Source: an uncultured Candidatus Saccharibacteria bacterium (lineage in GTDB: Bacteria > Patescibacteriota > Minisyncoccia > Phycocordibacterales > 2-02-FULL-43-11). Taken from it: DNA of 64,000 bases. The position numbers and the translations under genes are program-made. The stretch covers positions 66,238-130,237 of the forward strand of contig CAYGDO010000002.1 of the NCBI GenBank assembly GCA_964348785.1, read 5' to 3'. This document shows positions 9,460-19,300 of this stretch, piece after piece. The number at the start of each line of letters is the position of its first letter. Position 1 is the stretch's first letter. The notes under the pieces are model-generated. The model searched no databases and was not told the DNA's origin. It saw nothing but the letters and a program-made list of their open reading frames with translations.

Positions 9460-10488
9460 TTAATTGTTCTTTTTACTTAAATACTCGAGCGTCGCCGTAG
9501 TTAGTTTTTCAACGTCAGTAAACCTATCTTCAAAAGTTGAACCCAGCGCAACTACAGATATTGGATTACCGAAACCTGCATCAAAAACTATGACCAAATT
9601 TCCACCTGCCAAATTAGTATACCCAGTTTTTGATGCTATGACACCTGGTATGGAGTTGATAGTTTTATTTGTATTTATTGCATTATGTTTCAAATTGCTT
9701 AATGAACTAATTTTTAATTCATCATATTTTGTATTCCTAAATATATTGGGATATTGATTGACTGCATAACCTATCAAAAAAGCCATATCTCTCGCTGAAC
9801 CATAACCACCTGCCAAAAAATCATTCTCATCGAGACCACTTTCATTATTGAAATAAGTCTGTGCCAAACCTAAATCTTTAGCTTTTTCATTCATCATTTT
9901 TATAAAATACTTTCTCCCCTCTTCCCTGCCCGTCTTTACAAAAATTTCTCCCAAACTTGAGGAAACTGTATAAGCGCCATCATTGGATGACTCAATTAAA
10001 ACCAAATTTAACAAATCGCCTAAACGCCATTTTTCGTCGGCATACAATCCGCTGTCACCTTCCATAACTAAATCTGTTTTCTCAACACTTATAATTGTTG
10101 ACTCAGAAACTAATGATAAGGCCGTAACTGCTGTCATTGTTTTGGTCAACGAAGCAAGGGGCAATTGAGAATCACCATTTTTTTCAAAAAATATCTCTCC
10201 AGAATTTACATCAAAAACGTATGCGGATTTGGCTTTTATATCAATATCTTTAAAAAAATCCTCTTTTTTAATTTCGACCAATGCAACACTGGCCTCATTA
10301 TCTTTTGAAAAATTATCTCCAGAAAAAATCTGTCCTCCGCTAAACAAAAATACTAAAATAAAAATAGAAAAAAGGGATAAAAAAATCTCAGTTTTTGTTA
10401 AAAATTTATCCCTTTTTACCTCTATAGGTAAATTTTCAGGAACATAATTATATTCAATACTATTATTCTGTTCCAAGTTGTCCATCAT
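9460..10488 (-). CDS. D-alanyl-D-alanine carboxypeptidase (serine-type, PBP5/6-like, S11)
   Basis: SxxK 'ASLTKTMT', SxN 'ESSND', KTG 'KTGYT'. Confidence 0.8.
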   Translation of the reverse strand: MMDNLEQNNSIEYNYVPENLPIEVKRDKFLTKTEIFLSLFSIFILVFLFSGGQIFSGDNFSKDNEASVALVEIKKEDFFKDIDIKAKSAYVFDVNSGEIFFEKNGDSQLPLASLTKTMTAVTALSLVSESTIISVEKTDLVMEGDSGLYADEKWRLGDLLNLVLIESSNDGAYTVSSSLGEIFVKTGREEGRKYFIKMMNEKAKDLGLAQTYFNNESGLDENDFLAGGYGSARDMAFLIGYAVNQYPNIFRNTKYDELKISSLSNLKHNAINTNKTINSIPGVIASKTGYTNLAGGNLVIVFDAGFGNPISVVALGSTFEDRFTDVEKLTTATLEYLSKKNN

Positions 10489-11074
10489 CTTGTTTTAAAT
10501 CATCTACTAATTGTTCACTTTTCTGTTCTTTTTGTTCATTCACAGAACTCTTAAAACTTTCTATATCCCTTCTTACTTCTTCATAATTAGGCAAATCTTT
10601 TAAATTTGAAACGCCCATAAAAGCAAGCGAGTCTGGGGTCGGCTTATACAAAAGAGCTCTGTGGTCTTTTGGGTCTTCAAATTTCTCTATCAATCCTCTA
10701 ATCATCAAATTTCGTAGAACAAATCCGGAATTAACACCTCTTATGTAATCTATTTCTTTTCTTGAAACTGGCCCCTGATATAAAACAATAGACAAAGTTT
10801 CCATTCCGGCTTTTCCGATATCTCTATTAAACTCATCTTTCGTTAATTCAGAAAAAAAATCAGCCAGGGATGGGTTAGTAGCCAAGACCAATTCATCACC
10901 TGTTTCCATAAGAAAAATACCCCGATTCTTAAGTTCTTCTTTAAGCTTAGTTATAGAATTCTTAACATTTTCCTCATTTTCTTTTAGCAAAGAGGCCACC
11001 TTTTTAATAGTAGTGGGTTCTGCCTTAAAGAATAACAAGGCCTCTATTTTTTGTTCTAAACTTATTTGATCCAT
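10463..11074 (-). CDS. scpB: segregation and condensation protein B
   Basis: 'IEALLFFKAEPTTIKKVASLL' ScpB N-terminal wHTH. Adjacent to scpA. Confidence 0.85.
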   Translation of the reverse strand: MDQISLEQKIEALLFFKAEPTTIKKVASLLKENEENVKNSITKLKEELKNRGIFLMETGDELVLATNPSLADFFSELTKDEFNRDIGKAGMETLSIVLYQGPVSRKEIDYIRGVNSGFVLRNLMIRGLIEKFEDPKDHRALLYKPTPDSLAFMGVSNLKDLPNYEEVRRDIESFKSSVNEQKEQKSEQLVDDLKQDDGQLGTE

Positions 11075-11104
11075 TTGGTCAATTCTAACAGAAAAACGAT
11101 ATTT

Positions 11105-11857
11105 TTAAATGTATTTAGGAGTTCCTATATCCTTTGTTTCTATAGTGATGTCCGAAAAATGTTCCTCCTGAGCGACATGCACTACTCCCTGTTTAACAAG
11201 TTCAAGCATAGCCAAAAAACTAACTATAACGTGTACTTTTTCTTTTTTCCCAAAACCTGAAAATTCTTTAAAACTCATCTTCAAAGAATCTTGGACTCTT
11301 TTTGAGAGATTTTGAATGACTTCTTCTAAGCTAATAACTTTCTGAACTATTGCTTTAGACAATTTCTCAAATTTTGGCAAAGAAAAAATAACTTGTTTTA
11401 TAGATAAAAGTAGATTTGGTAAAGTGATATTTTGATGAGGCGCAAAAACTTTACTAATCATTCTATTTTCCTGAAAAAGCAAAACATTTCTACCAAAAGA
11501 TGGTCTTAGGGTTTTTGATAATTCTTTGAATCTCTGGTAAATCTTTAACCTTCTCTCCAAATCTTCCATACTTCCCTGCTCTTCTTCTGACAATGCCAAC
11601 TCCGGCAAAAGAGCTTTTGATTTTATAAGAAGCAAAGTGGACGCCACCAAAATAAAATTAGCACTTTGTTCAATTGGAAAATCCGTAAAACTATTTACAT
11701 AACTTATATAATCATCAGCCACCTTAGCCAAAGAAATTTCGGTAATAGAAAGTTTTCTTTTTTCTATCAAAGATAAAAGCAACTCAAGTGGCCCCTCAAA
11801 TGCTTCCTGTTTAACTGTAAAAGATGACTGCATAATAAAATTTTTATTTTTTGACAC
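11105..11857 (-). CDS. scpA: segregation and condensation protein A
   Basis: 'FEGPLELLLSLIEKRKLSITEISLAKVADDY' ScpA signature. Confidence 0.85.
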   Translation of the reverse strand: MSKNKNFIMQSSFTVKQEAFEGPLELLLSLIEKRKLSITEISLAKVADDYISYVNSFTDFPIEQSANFILVASTLLLIKSKALLPELALSEEEQGSMEDLERRLKIYQRFKELSKTLRPSFGRNVLLFQENRMISKVFAPHQNITLPNLLLSIKQVIFSLPKFEKLSKAIVQKVISLEEVIQNLSKRVQDSLKMSFKEFSGFGKKEKVHVIVSFLAMLELVKQGVVHVAQEEHFSDITIETKDIGTPKYI

Positions 11858-13262
11858 TAAGACCCAATTCTAATAACTGTTCTTTTGAGATTTCGCTTGG
11901 CGCACTCATCATCAAGTCCTTTCCTTCGCCAGTTTTTGGAAATGCAATAACTTCTCTAATGTTTGGCTCGTTCTGAAGCAACATTACTATTCTATCAATT
12001 CCAGGAGCAAAACCACCGTGTGGAGGAGCTCCATATTTAAAGGCTTCAATCATATGAGCAAACTTTCTCTGTTGATCTTCTTCTCCAACACCAAGCAAAT
12101 CAAAAACTTTTTTCTGAATTTCTGATTTATGAATTCTTATACTTCCTGAAGACAACTCATAACCATTTAAAACTAAGTCATATGAATTTGCTCTGATTTC
12201 AAAAAGATTTTTATCAGTAGGACCAGTTGCGGACATAAACTTTTCTTCATCCTCTTTTTTAATTGAACAAAATGGATGATGTGCCGCTTGAACTTTTCCG
12301 TCATCAGTTCTTTCAAACATTGGAAAATCTACAATCCAAGCGAAAGCTAATTCATCAGGATTGCTTTTGTCTTTTCGAAGATCCGGCTTATCAGATCCAT
12401 ATTTATCCATAGATTCTTTAAAAGTTAATCTTGGGAATGGAGTTTCTGAAATTTTCTTATTTGGATAAACAGTTTTAATAAGTTCAATAAACATTTTTTC
12501 TGTATAAACCAAAACATCTTCTTGTTCAACAAAAGACATTTCAAAATCCAACTGAGTGAATTCTGGCTGTCTGTCGCCTCTTGTATCTTCGTCTCTCATA
12601 CATCTAGCAATCTGAAAATACTTTTCAAAGCCAGCAACCATCGAAAGTTGTTTAAATTGTTGAGGTGATTGAGGTAAGGCGTAAAATCTTCCTTTCTCAA
12701 GTCTTGAAGGAACAACATACTCTCTTGAACCTTCCGGAGTTCCCTTCATAAGTATAGGAGTTTCAATTTCAATGAAATCATTCTTGTGCATGTAGTCTCT
12801 AAAAAAAGCAATAATCTTATCTCTCATTCTGATATTTTTTTGAAGTCTTGATCTTCTCAAATCCAAATAACGATACTTCAATCGAACATCTTCACTAATT
12901 TCTTTTCCGTCAGTTCTAAGATCAAAAGGTGGGGTCTCAGCTTTATTTAGTATTTCTATACCCAATATTTCAAGTTCAATAGAACCATTTTCTTCATCTT
13001 TGTTTATCATCTTTTCAGGTCTGCCGTTTACTTTGGCCTTTAGAGCAAGAACCCATTCTGATCTTATTTCACCGGCAACTTGATGTGCCTCTTTGTGGTT
13101 AGGAAGAACAACAGATTGAACCTTGCCCGTCATATCACGAAAATCAAAGAAAATTAATTTTCCATGATCACGTCTAATATCTACCCAACCCTTCACTAAA
13201 ATTTCTTTACCAATATTATTTTTTAAATCTCTGATATATGTCCTTTCCATATTTTTAGACAT
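11844..13262 (-). CDS. aspS: aspartate--tRNA ligase, short form lacking the full bacterial insertion domain
   Basis: Class IIb motif 2 'RCMRDEDTRGDRQPEFTQLDFEMSF' matches AspRS 'FRDEDLRADRQPEFTQID'. N-terminal OB fold. 472 aa. Confidence 0.85.
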   Translation of the reverse strand: MSKNMERTYIRDLKNNIGKEILVKGWVDIRRDHGKLIFFDFRDMTGKVQSVVLPNHKEAHQVAGEIRSEWVLALKAKVNGRPEKMINKDEENGSIELEILGIEILNKAETPPFDLRTDGKEISEDVRLKYRYLDLRRSRLQKNIRMRDKIIAFFRDYMHKNDFIEIETPILMKGTPEGSREYVVPSRLEKGRFYALPQSPQQFKQLSMVAGFEKYFQIARCMRDEDTRGDRQPEFTQLDFEMSFVEQEDVLVYTEKMFIELIKTVYPNKKISETPFPRLTFKESMDKYGSDKPDLRKDKSNPDELAFAWIVDFPMFERTDDGKVQAAHHPFCSIKKEDEEKFMSATGPTDKNLFEIRANSYDLVLNGYELSSGSIRIHKSEIQKKVFDLLGVGEEDQQRKFAHMIEAFKYGAPPHGGFAPGIDRIVMLLQNEPNIREVIAFPKTGEGKDLMMSAPSEISKEQLLELGLSVKK

Positions 13263-13687
13263 TAACTATTAAAATATTTTTCTAAAACTTTATAATATTC
13301 TGAATTTTCATAAAAATTCTTGTAATTATTTTTATCTACCCATTCAAATTTGTCATGTTCACTTGATAACTTCACTTCACCTTTTTTATACTTACATTTG
13401 AAAGCCACTAAATAAACTTTCTTGGGATAATTTCTATGATTTTTTGGAAACTCATTATACCAAACAGCAAATGGCCGACCGACTTCAATCTCCAAAGTTG
13501 TTTCTTCTCTAACTTCCCTTTCTAAGGCAGAGACCAGACTGTTGGGATTTTCCATCTTGACTTCATCTTCTTGAATTTTTCCACCAGGAAAATCGAGGCC
13601 TAGAACTGGATCCATTAAAACCAAAACTTTATTGTCTTTTTCTATAAAAGCTTTTTGACCTACACAAAATAATGCATCTTCTTTCAT
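13262..13687 (-). CDS. NUDIX hydrolase
   Basis: Nudix box 'GGKIQEDE...ALEREVREETTLEI'. Confidence 0.8.
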   Translation of the reverse strand: MKEDALFCVGQKAFIEKDNKVLVLMDPVLGLDFPGGKIQEDEVKMENPNSLVSALEREVREETTLEIEVGRPFAVWYNEFPKNHRNYPKKVYLVAFKCKYKKGEVKLSSEHDKFEWVDKNNYKNFYENSEYYKVLEKYFNS

Positions 13688-13718
13688 TTTTTAATATTTT
13701 AATTTTTTAAAATAAAGC

Positions 13719-13758
13719 GCCCTCGCAAAAAACCAAAAACTGGTTTTTTGCGAGGGCG
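13719..13758 (-). terminator. 18-bp perfect-stem hairpin, minus-strand intrinsic terminator
   Basis: cgccctcgcaaaaaacca/tggttttttgcgagggcg with a 4-nt loop. Followed on the minus strand by CUUUAUUUU. Confidence 0.55.
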
Positions 13759-13984
13759 TTCTTCGCCAATTGGCGAAACGCGGTACCACCTCACTTTGTC
13801 TGGAATCATGATACAATCCCAAACCTCTTTAATGGCTTTTACAGTGCCAATTCTGTGGAGTTCTACATGGGAAAATACCCAATTCTTCTCCAAGCTCAGC
13901 CGTGTTTTCGGCTTCATCGCTACAAGGGTAGTTTATAACAAAAACATCTCTTTATATATGTTGACAAAACATCATTTTTAATAT

Positions 13985-14773
13985 TTAATTTTCGGTTTTT
14001 GATTTATTGTAGATTTCCGCCACTATCGCCTTATGATCACTCACCCCTTCTATAAGTTCAACATTCTCAACTAAATAATCAGGAGTTGAAAACAGACCGT
14101 CAACCATTAACTTTAAATTTTTTACTCTGTGTAAATTCGGATCAATACTTGAATCATATTTAAGCGGTATATTATCTTTATATCTTAAAGCAATTTTATT
14201 AAAAATTTCACCTCCTCTTGGTGCATTAAAATCTCCACATAAAATCAACGACTCTTTTTTATCACAAAAAGACAATAGTTTTTCAACGTCTTTTTTCTGA
14301 AATTCATTCGCCTTACCATCTGGTGTCCAAGTGAAGTGTGTTGTCGAAATAAAATAACTAACACCGTTCTTAATAACTTCTCCAAAAATAATGACTTTTG
14401 CTTCAATTTCATTCAGTAAAATCAATTGATCCTTTGTCATTGTGGAACTAAAATTTAAATCTTTTGGATCCCAACATTTTACAGAACTCTCATCACCCAC
14501 ATAATAAAATTTTTCTATATTCTTAATTTCAAATTTTGACAAAATTGCGACACCAACTGTATGTCTTACTCCATTTTTTATATCCCAGATAACCATCGGA
14601 GAAAAAACACCAAATACACCTAATTCTTTTTTCAAAGACAAAAAATCTTTTTCTGAGACTTCCTGAAGACAAATTACTTCTGGATCAAATTTATTGAAAA
14701 AATCTAAAACACTACTCAGGTGTTTATCTATTTCAATGTTTATAGAAACAAATCTAATAAAATCTTTGGGCAT
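13985..14773 (-). CDS. endonuclease/exonuclease/phosphatase (EEP) family protein
   Basis: 'VICLQEV', 'CGDFNAPR', 'SDHKAIVAEI' EEP catalytic motifs. Confidence 0.75.
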   Translation of the reverse strand: MPKDFIRFVSINIEIDKHLSSVLDFFNKFDPEVICLQEVSEKDFLSLKKELGVFGVFSPMVIWDIKNGVRHTVGVAILSKFEIKNIEKFYYVGDESSVKCWDPKDLNFSSTMTKDQLILLNEIEAKVIIFGEVIKNGVSYFISTTHFTWTPDGKANEFQKKDVEKLLSFCDKKESLILCGDFNAPRGGEIFNKIALRYKDNIPLKYDSSIDPNLHRVKNLKLMVDGLFSTPDYLVENVELIEGVSDHKAIVAEIYNKSKTEN

Positions 14774-14775
14774 CT

Positions 14776-15750
14776 TTAAAAATCAACACCGACAAGTTTT
14801 CGAACTAATTTCATTTTTTCTACCGCCTTAGATTTTGCCTTTTCACCTCCCTCTTTCAAAATTTTCAAAACACCAGCTTTATCCTTTGCAAACTCTTTTC
14901 TTTTTTCACGAAGTGGAGCAATAAAAGCAATCATGTCAGCCAACAATGCTTCTTTTAGATCTTTATATTTACCCTTTTTCTCTTCATAAAAAGCATCGAG
15001 ATATTTTTTATCTCTAAAGAGTTCATGTATTGCATAAACATTCTTTGGCAAATCACCGGTTGAATCAGTCACAATACCCATAACTAAAGTTTTAAGTTCG
15101 CTATCTTCGGCAAAAAGCGGGATAGTGTTTCCATAGCTTTTAGACATCTTTTGTCCATCAATGCCAGGAATTGTTTTAACAGATTCCAAAATCAAAGGTT
15201 CAGGCAATTTAAATGCTTCTCCAAAAATTCTGTTAAATTTTTCTGCTGTATCTCTTGCATATTCAACGTGTTGCTTTTGATCTTGCCCCACAGGCACAAC
15301 ATCCGCGTCATAAAGCAAAATATCCGCTGACATCAAAAGCGGATAATCAAAAGTACCGACAGAGACTTCCTTACCTTTCGCCATAGCGTCTTTGTACGCA
15401 TGAGCTCTTTCAAGATAAGGCATAGTAGTAATGCAATTAAAAATCCAAGCGAGTTCAGTGTGCTCAATAACATCTGATTGTTTAAATAAGGTGACTTTTT
15501 TTGGATCAAGACCTAATGCCAAGTAATCCAAAGCCAAATCAACAATATTTTCTGAAAGTTCTTTACCATTTTGAAGAGTGGTCAAAGCATGATAATCAGC
15601 AATAAAAACGTAAGAATCATGATCATTTTGCAAATCAACAAATTGTTTCATCGCGCCAAAATAGTTGGCAATATGAGGCCTGCCAGTTGGCTTAACGCCT
15701 GAAAGTAAAATTTTCTTTGAATTCATAAACTCAATGTTATCAGAAACCAA
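14776..15750 (-). CDS. trpS: tryptophan--tRNA ligase
   Basis: About 324 aa class I enzyme. 'SGVKPTGRPHIANYFGA' and 'KMSKS'. Confidence 0.9.
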   Translation of the reverse strand: MVSDNIEFMNSKKILLSGVKPTGRPHIANYFGAMKQFVDLQNDHDSYVFIADYHALTTLQNGKELSENIVDLALDYLALGLDPKKVTLFKQSDVIEHTELAWIFNCITTMPYLERAHAYKDAMAKGKEVSVGTFDYPLLMSADILLYDADVVPVGQDQKQHVEYARDTAEKFNRIFGEAFKLPEPLILESVKTIPGIDGQKMSKSYGNTIPLFAEDSELKTLVMGIVTDSTGDLPKNVYAIHELFRDKKYLDAFYEEKKGKYKDLKEALLADMIAFIAPLREKRKEFAKDKAGVLKILKEGGEKAKSKAVEKMKLVRKLVGVDF

Positions 15751-15829
15751 CTTTTTGAGAAAGAGTTGATTTAGACATACATGTCTTATTTATTTTCTAC
15801 AAGGTTCGACCTTGTAACTTTGAATACTA

Positions 15830-15997
15830 CCAACCATAAGGATAATAGACGGTTAACTCCACAATGTCCCCTTTTGTGTCTGTGGATAGAGTAATGGAAC
15901 CGAAGTGGTCGGTGAGGTGATATGAAAGAGCGGGAGATGGGGTTACTTCTACAGCTTTGGTTTGTTTTACTGCTCCGCCTTTTTTGATGAGTTAGTC
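15830..15997 (-). pseudogene. orphan remnant of an RHS core start (no start codon, begins right after a stop, ends 'YYPYGW*')
   Basis: About 165-nt duplicate, roughly 75% identical, of main-gene segment 17205-17362. Translates to 'IKKGGAVKQTKAVEVTPSPALSYHLTDHFGSITLSTDTKGDIVELTVYYPYGW'. Main-gene counterpart reads '...LIKKGGTIRQLKPIDLTSSSSLSYHLIDHLGSITLSTDTAGKVVELIDYYPYGS'. Confidence 0.6.
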
Positions 15998-16356
15998 CAA
16001 TAGTAAAGTTTAGTAGAATCAGTTGGATAATCACCTCCGCAATCTTTGTCTTTTTGGGGATCCACAATTTTATCAATTTCAACATCAAACATCCGCCAAC
16101 TGGGATTCTTAGCGTACGTATTGTCCCCCCTCTTTTCGTGACTAATAAAATGGCGCTCACTGGCACCGAAATTCTTAAAATTGTCCTGTGCCTGAAGTAA
16201 AGAAACTTCATTGGCTCCCAAAGTTTCAACAAACTTTAGTTGAGAAATGTCATCCTCCCAATTACAAATCGGGCAAATTTCGTAGTGTCCGGGAGGTTCT
16301 GAAAATACATCATACCCACAACACGGGCAAGTGAACATTGTTTCGTCTTTTTTCAT
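15967..16356 (-). CDS. CPCC-family cysteine-rich protein, putative cognate immunity protein of the upstream RHS toxin
   Basis: Literal 'CPCCGYDVFSEPPGHYEICPICNWEDD'. Starts 5 nt after the stop of the 2417-aa toxin gene. Confidence 0.6.
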   Translation of the reverse strand: MKKDETMFTCPCCGYDVFSEPPGHYEICPICNWEDDISQLKFVETLGANEVSLLQAQDNFKNFGASERHFISHEKRGDNTYAKNPSWRMFDVEIDKIVDPQKDKDCGGDYPTDSTKLYYWTNSSKKAEQ

Positions 16357-16361
16357 ACTAA

Positions 16362-19300
16362 TTACTTTAAACTTTTAAGTAAGCTCTTCAAACTGTTTGA
16401 GAGAGACTGCAAGTTGTTAATTAATTGTCCAGCTTGACGATCAAAATACGCCTGACCTGCTGACGGCTTAAAAAATGTATTGATGACAGTACCACCAGTT
16501 TTAGGATTAATTTGAAAAACCGCAAAAGAGTTCGACAAAGAATCGTAGGCCCTTGCCACACCTCCAGCATCTATTTTTAGTGAAGTTTTACCATTCATTG
16601 CGTCAGTTACAAAATCTCTAGCACCTTTTATATACTCCTTAGTATTTTTAAATCCAAATTTCTCTGCATGTTTCCCAGCATGATAAATTGCATTATCGGC
16701 CAACGTTAACTTGGTTCCTTTACTCCAGATACCCTCAAAGACTGGCACCACTTTCCCCGCGGGTATCTCCCCCGCAGTCAATGCCCCAACGGCCGCCATC
16801 CCATAATTTCCTTTATCTACATCATCTATTACTTGGCTGACAGCAACTTGCCCAAGTGGAGTGAGTAACGATTGGGCAAAGGAAGTTATCTGTGGAGCGT
16901 ACATTGTCAAAACCCCTGCAACAGCCACTAGAGCTGGAAGAAACCTCCCATCCGGGTCTTTGTAAGTTACGGGATTATTACCTCCATACGAATACGAATT
17001 CTGAACTTGAGGATTTAAAAGAGCTTCCTTCCCTTCTTTACTCATCCCCACTTCCCAAAACACCGGATCCTGATTAAGAAACTGCCCTCTTGCTCCATCG
17101 TAGTAACGAGCATTAAGGTAAGAAAGTCCTGTACTTGCATCAAACTCCTGCCCTATATACTTCCTCTGTTCTTTTGGAGAACCTCCTTCATCTGCCCTAA
17201 TACTACCATAAGGATAATAGTCGATTAATTCCACAACTTTACCAGCGGTATCTGTGGAGAGAGTAATAGAACCAAGGTGGTCGATTAAGTGGTAAGAGAG
17301 AGATGAAGATGACGTTAGGTCTATAGGCTTTAGCTGGCGGATTGTTCCTCCTTTTTTGATTAAGACGCCACCTCCTTTCTTAACTAGAAGCTTGGAGGCT
17401 TTGAGGTTGATGTAGAGAGTGGAGTCTGCTGTGACAGTAAGAACTTTACCTACAGGGACAATGACAGAAGCGGGAGCGGTAACGGAGCCCACAATAGTAC
17501 ACGAAGAAATCAGCGTGAAATCTCCTGTTTCTGGAATAACACAAGTACCAGCGTTTGCATTTGTTAACTTTGGAGCTACGGGTGTCTTTTTGTCAAAAGT
17601 GGAGAGTAACGTGTCGCCCACAAAAACGTGAGAAGTCTCGGACACAACAACGTCGTCAGAATTGTATCCTGCGTTGAAGTATTTAGATGGATACAAAGTA
17701 ACACCGCCTTTCCCATCAGAAACCTTCACCCTAGCGCCTCCGTGATCATAAGCGTAAGTGGAAGTGGCGAGACCGTTTGCAACAGAAATTAGGCGGTTGT
17801 TGTAGTCATATATATAGGAAATATTGCCAAACGAAATCAAATTACCACTTTTGTCGTAAGAGAGAGTGTTGGTTGCCACAGAACTACCGGTAACCGTCGA
17901 CGCGTGGGGGTTGGCGTAATCGGTACCATCATAAAAATAGTTAGTAGTTGTAAACTTCCCCACAGCACTACTAAATGGGGTATTTTCATTAAAAATAGGA
18001 GCTCCGAAAGCCGTGAGATGGTATGCATTCGCCGTAAAATCGTAATAATTATTGCCAAGTTTGTAGTAAGCAACAAGATTGGCCTCATTCCCACTCAACT
18101 CAGTAAGATAATTGCTATCCAAATCAACAAGCGAACGACTTGTATTCCAAAATCGGACATCGTCAACAAGACCGTCCCAATTATGCGGATTTGGGAAAGT
18201 GGCCTTACCGATAGCCAATTCATTAAACCCGCCATAACCTCTACCGACAGCAAGAGTGGGGCCTTTCACCAAAGTATGCCCGCTGCTAGTTGATGTTGCC
18301 AAATACAAGTTCATTTCTGTGCCATTGTAAGTTCCGACAATATGGTACCAAGAGCCGACAGAGAGGGTGGTGTCATAAATTATTCTTGCCCCCCCAACTC
18401 CTTCTATATGCCTGTCAAAATTAATGTGGTGAGATCCGTCAGTATAGCTTGTAGATAAAGAGTAACCGACATTGGTCACAGCATCCTGTTGAGACGCAAT
18501 AATATTGAACCCAGCGGAAGGCAAACTTTCAGGTTTTATCCAAGCCTCTATAGTAATAGGTCCCCCAGAAATACCAGCATTAGTTGGGACGGAAGCATAC
18601 TGACTAGAGTCTCCTTCAACATCTAAAGAATATGGGTTGAGTGAAACTTGCCCTTCAATTTTACTAATAATATTTCCAAGCGGATTGTAAGCAAAAGATT
18701 GTTGATTTGGCGTCGCCAATGCATCTACCAATCGATACAAATCATCATACTTATACGTCGCGATTTTCTTTGTGTTGGTTTCCGAATTATCCACAATCTG
18801 CAAAATATTTCCGACAGAATCGTAAGTGTAGGACAAATTTTGAAGTTGTAAGTTGTTAGCTGAAAGAGTCTTTTTATTTGTTAAGCGATAAAGTCGCGCT
18901 GGATCATAGGTATTTGTAGCAACAACACCATTACCATAAGTAATCGTTTTTAGCTGACCAAGTGGCGAATAATCAAAAGCGCCGATTTGCGTTACAGGTG
19001 TAGTTGTGGAAACTCCAGTTGCCGATATTGAATCAACTAAACCTGCGGAATTGTATATGTATGAAGTTTTTTTGGAATCAACGCCGGTCATTTCTGTCAC
19101 ACCTCCTCCTAAATTGTAGAGATAACTTGAAATGAAAGTTTTACCTCCAATAATTTTAGTTTCAGTTTTTGCTTGCCCCGCGGGGGTGTATGCGTAGCTA
19201 GTACTATTCATTTCTAAATTTGCCCCGACAGAATCATCGGCATAAGAAACCGCACAAAGCTTACCGATGCCGAAATCACAGGCGTCATAAGTGTAAGTTG

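Noticed and set aside
13961-13989. Plus-strand promoter TTGACA-17-TTTAAT
   Set aside because: The -35 is perfect but the -10 lacks the critical A2. It would transcribe antisense into the EEP gene. Noted only as part of the intergenic finding.
15786-16232. 148-aa ORF overlapping the CPCC gene
   Set aside because: It is in a different frame and overlaps a motif-bearing gene. It is a frame artefact of the duplicated RHS-core remnant.
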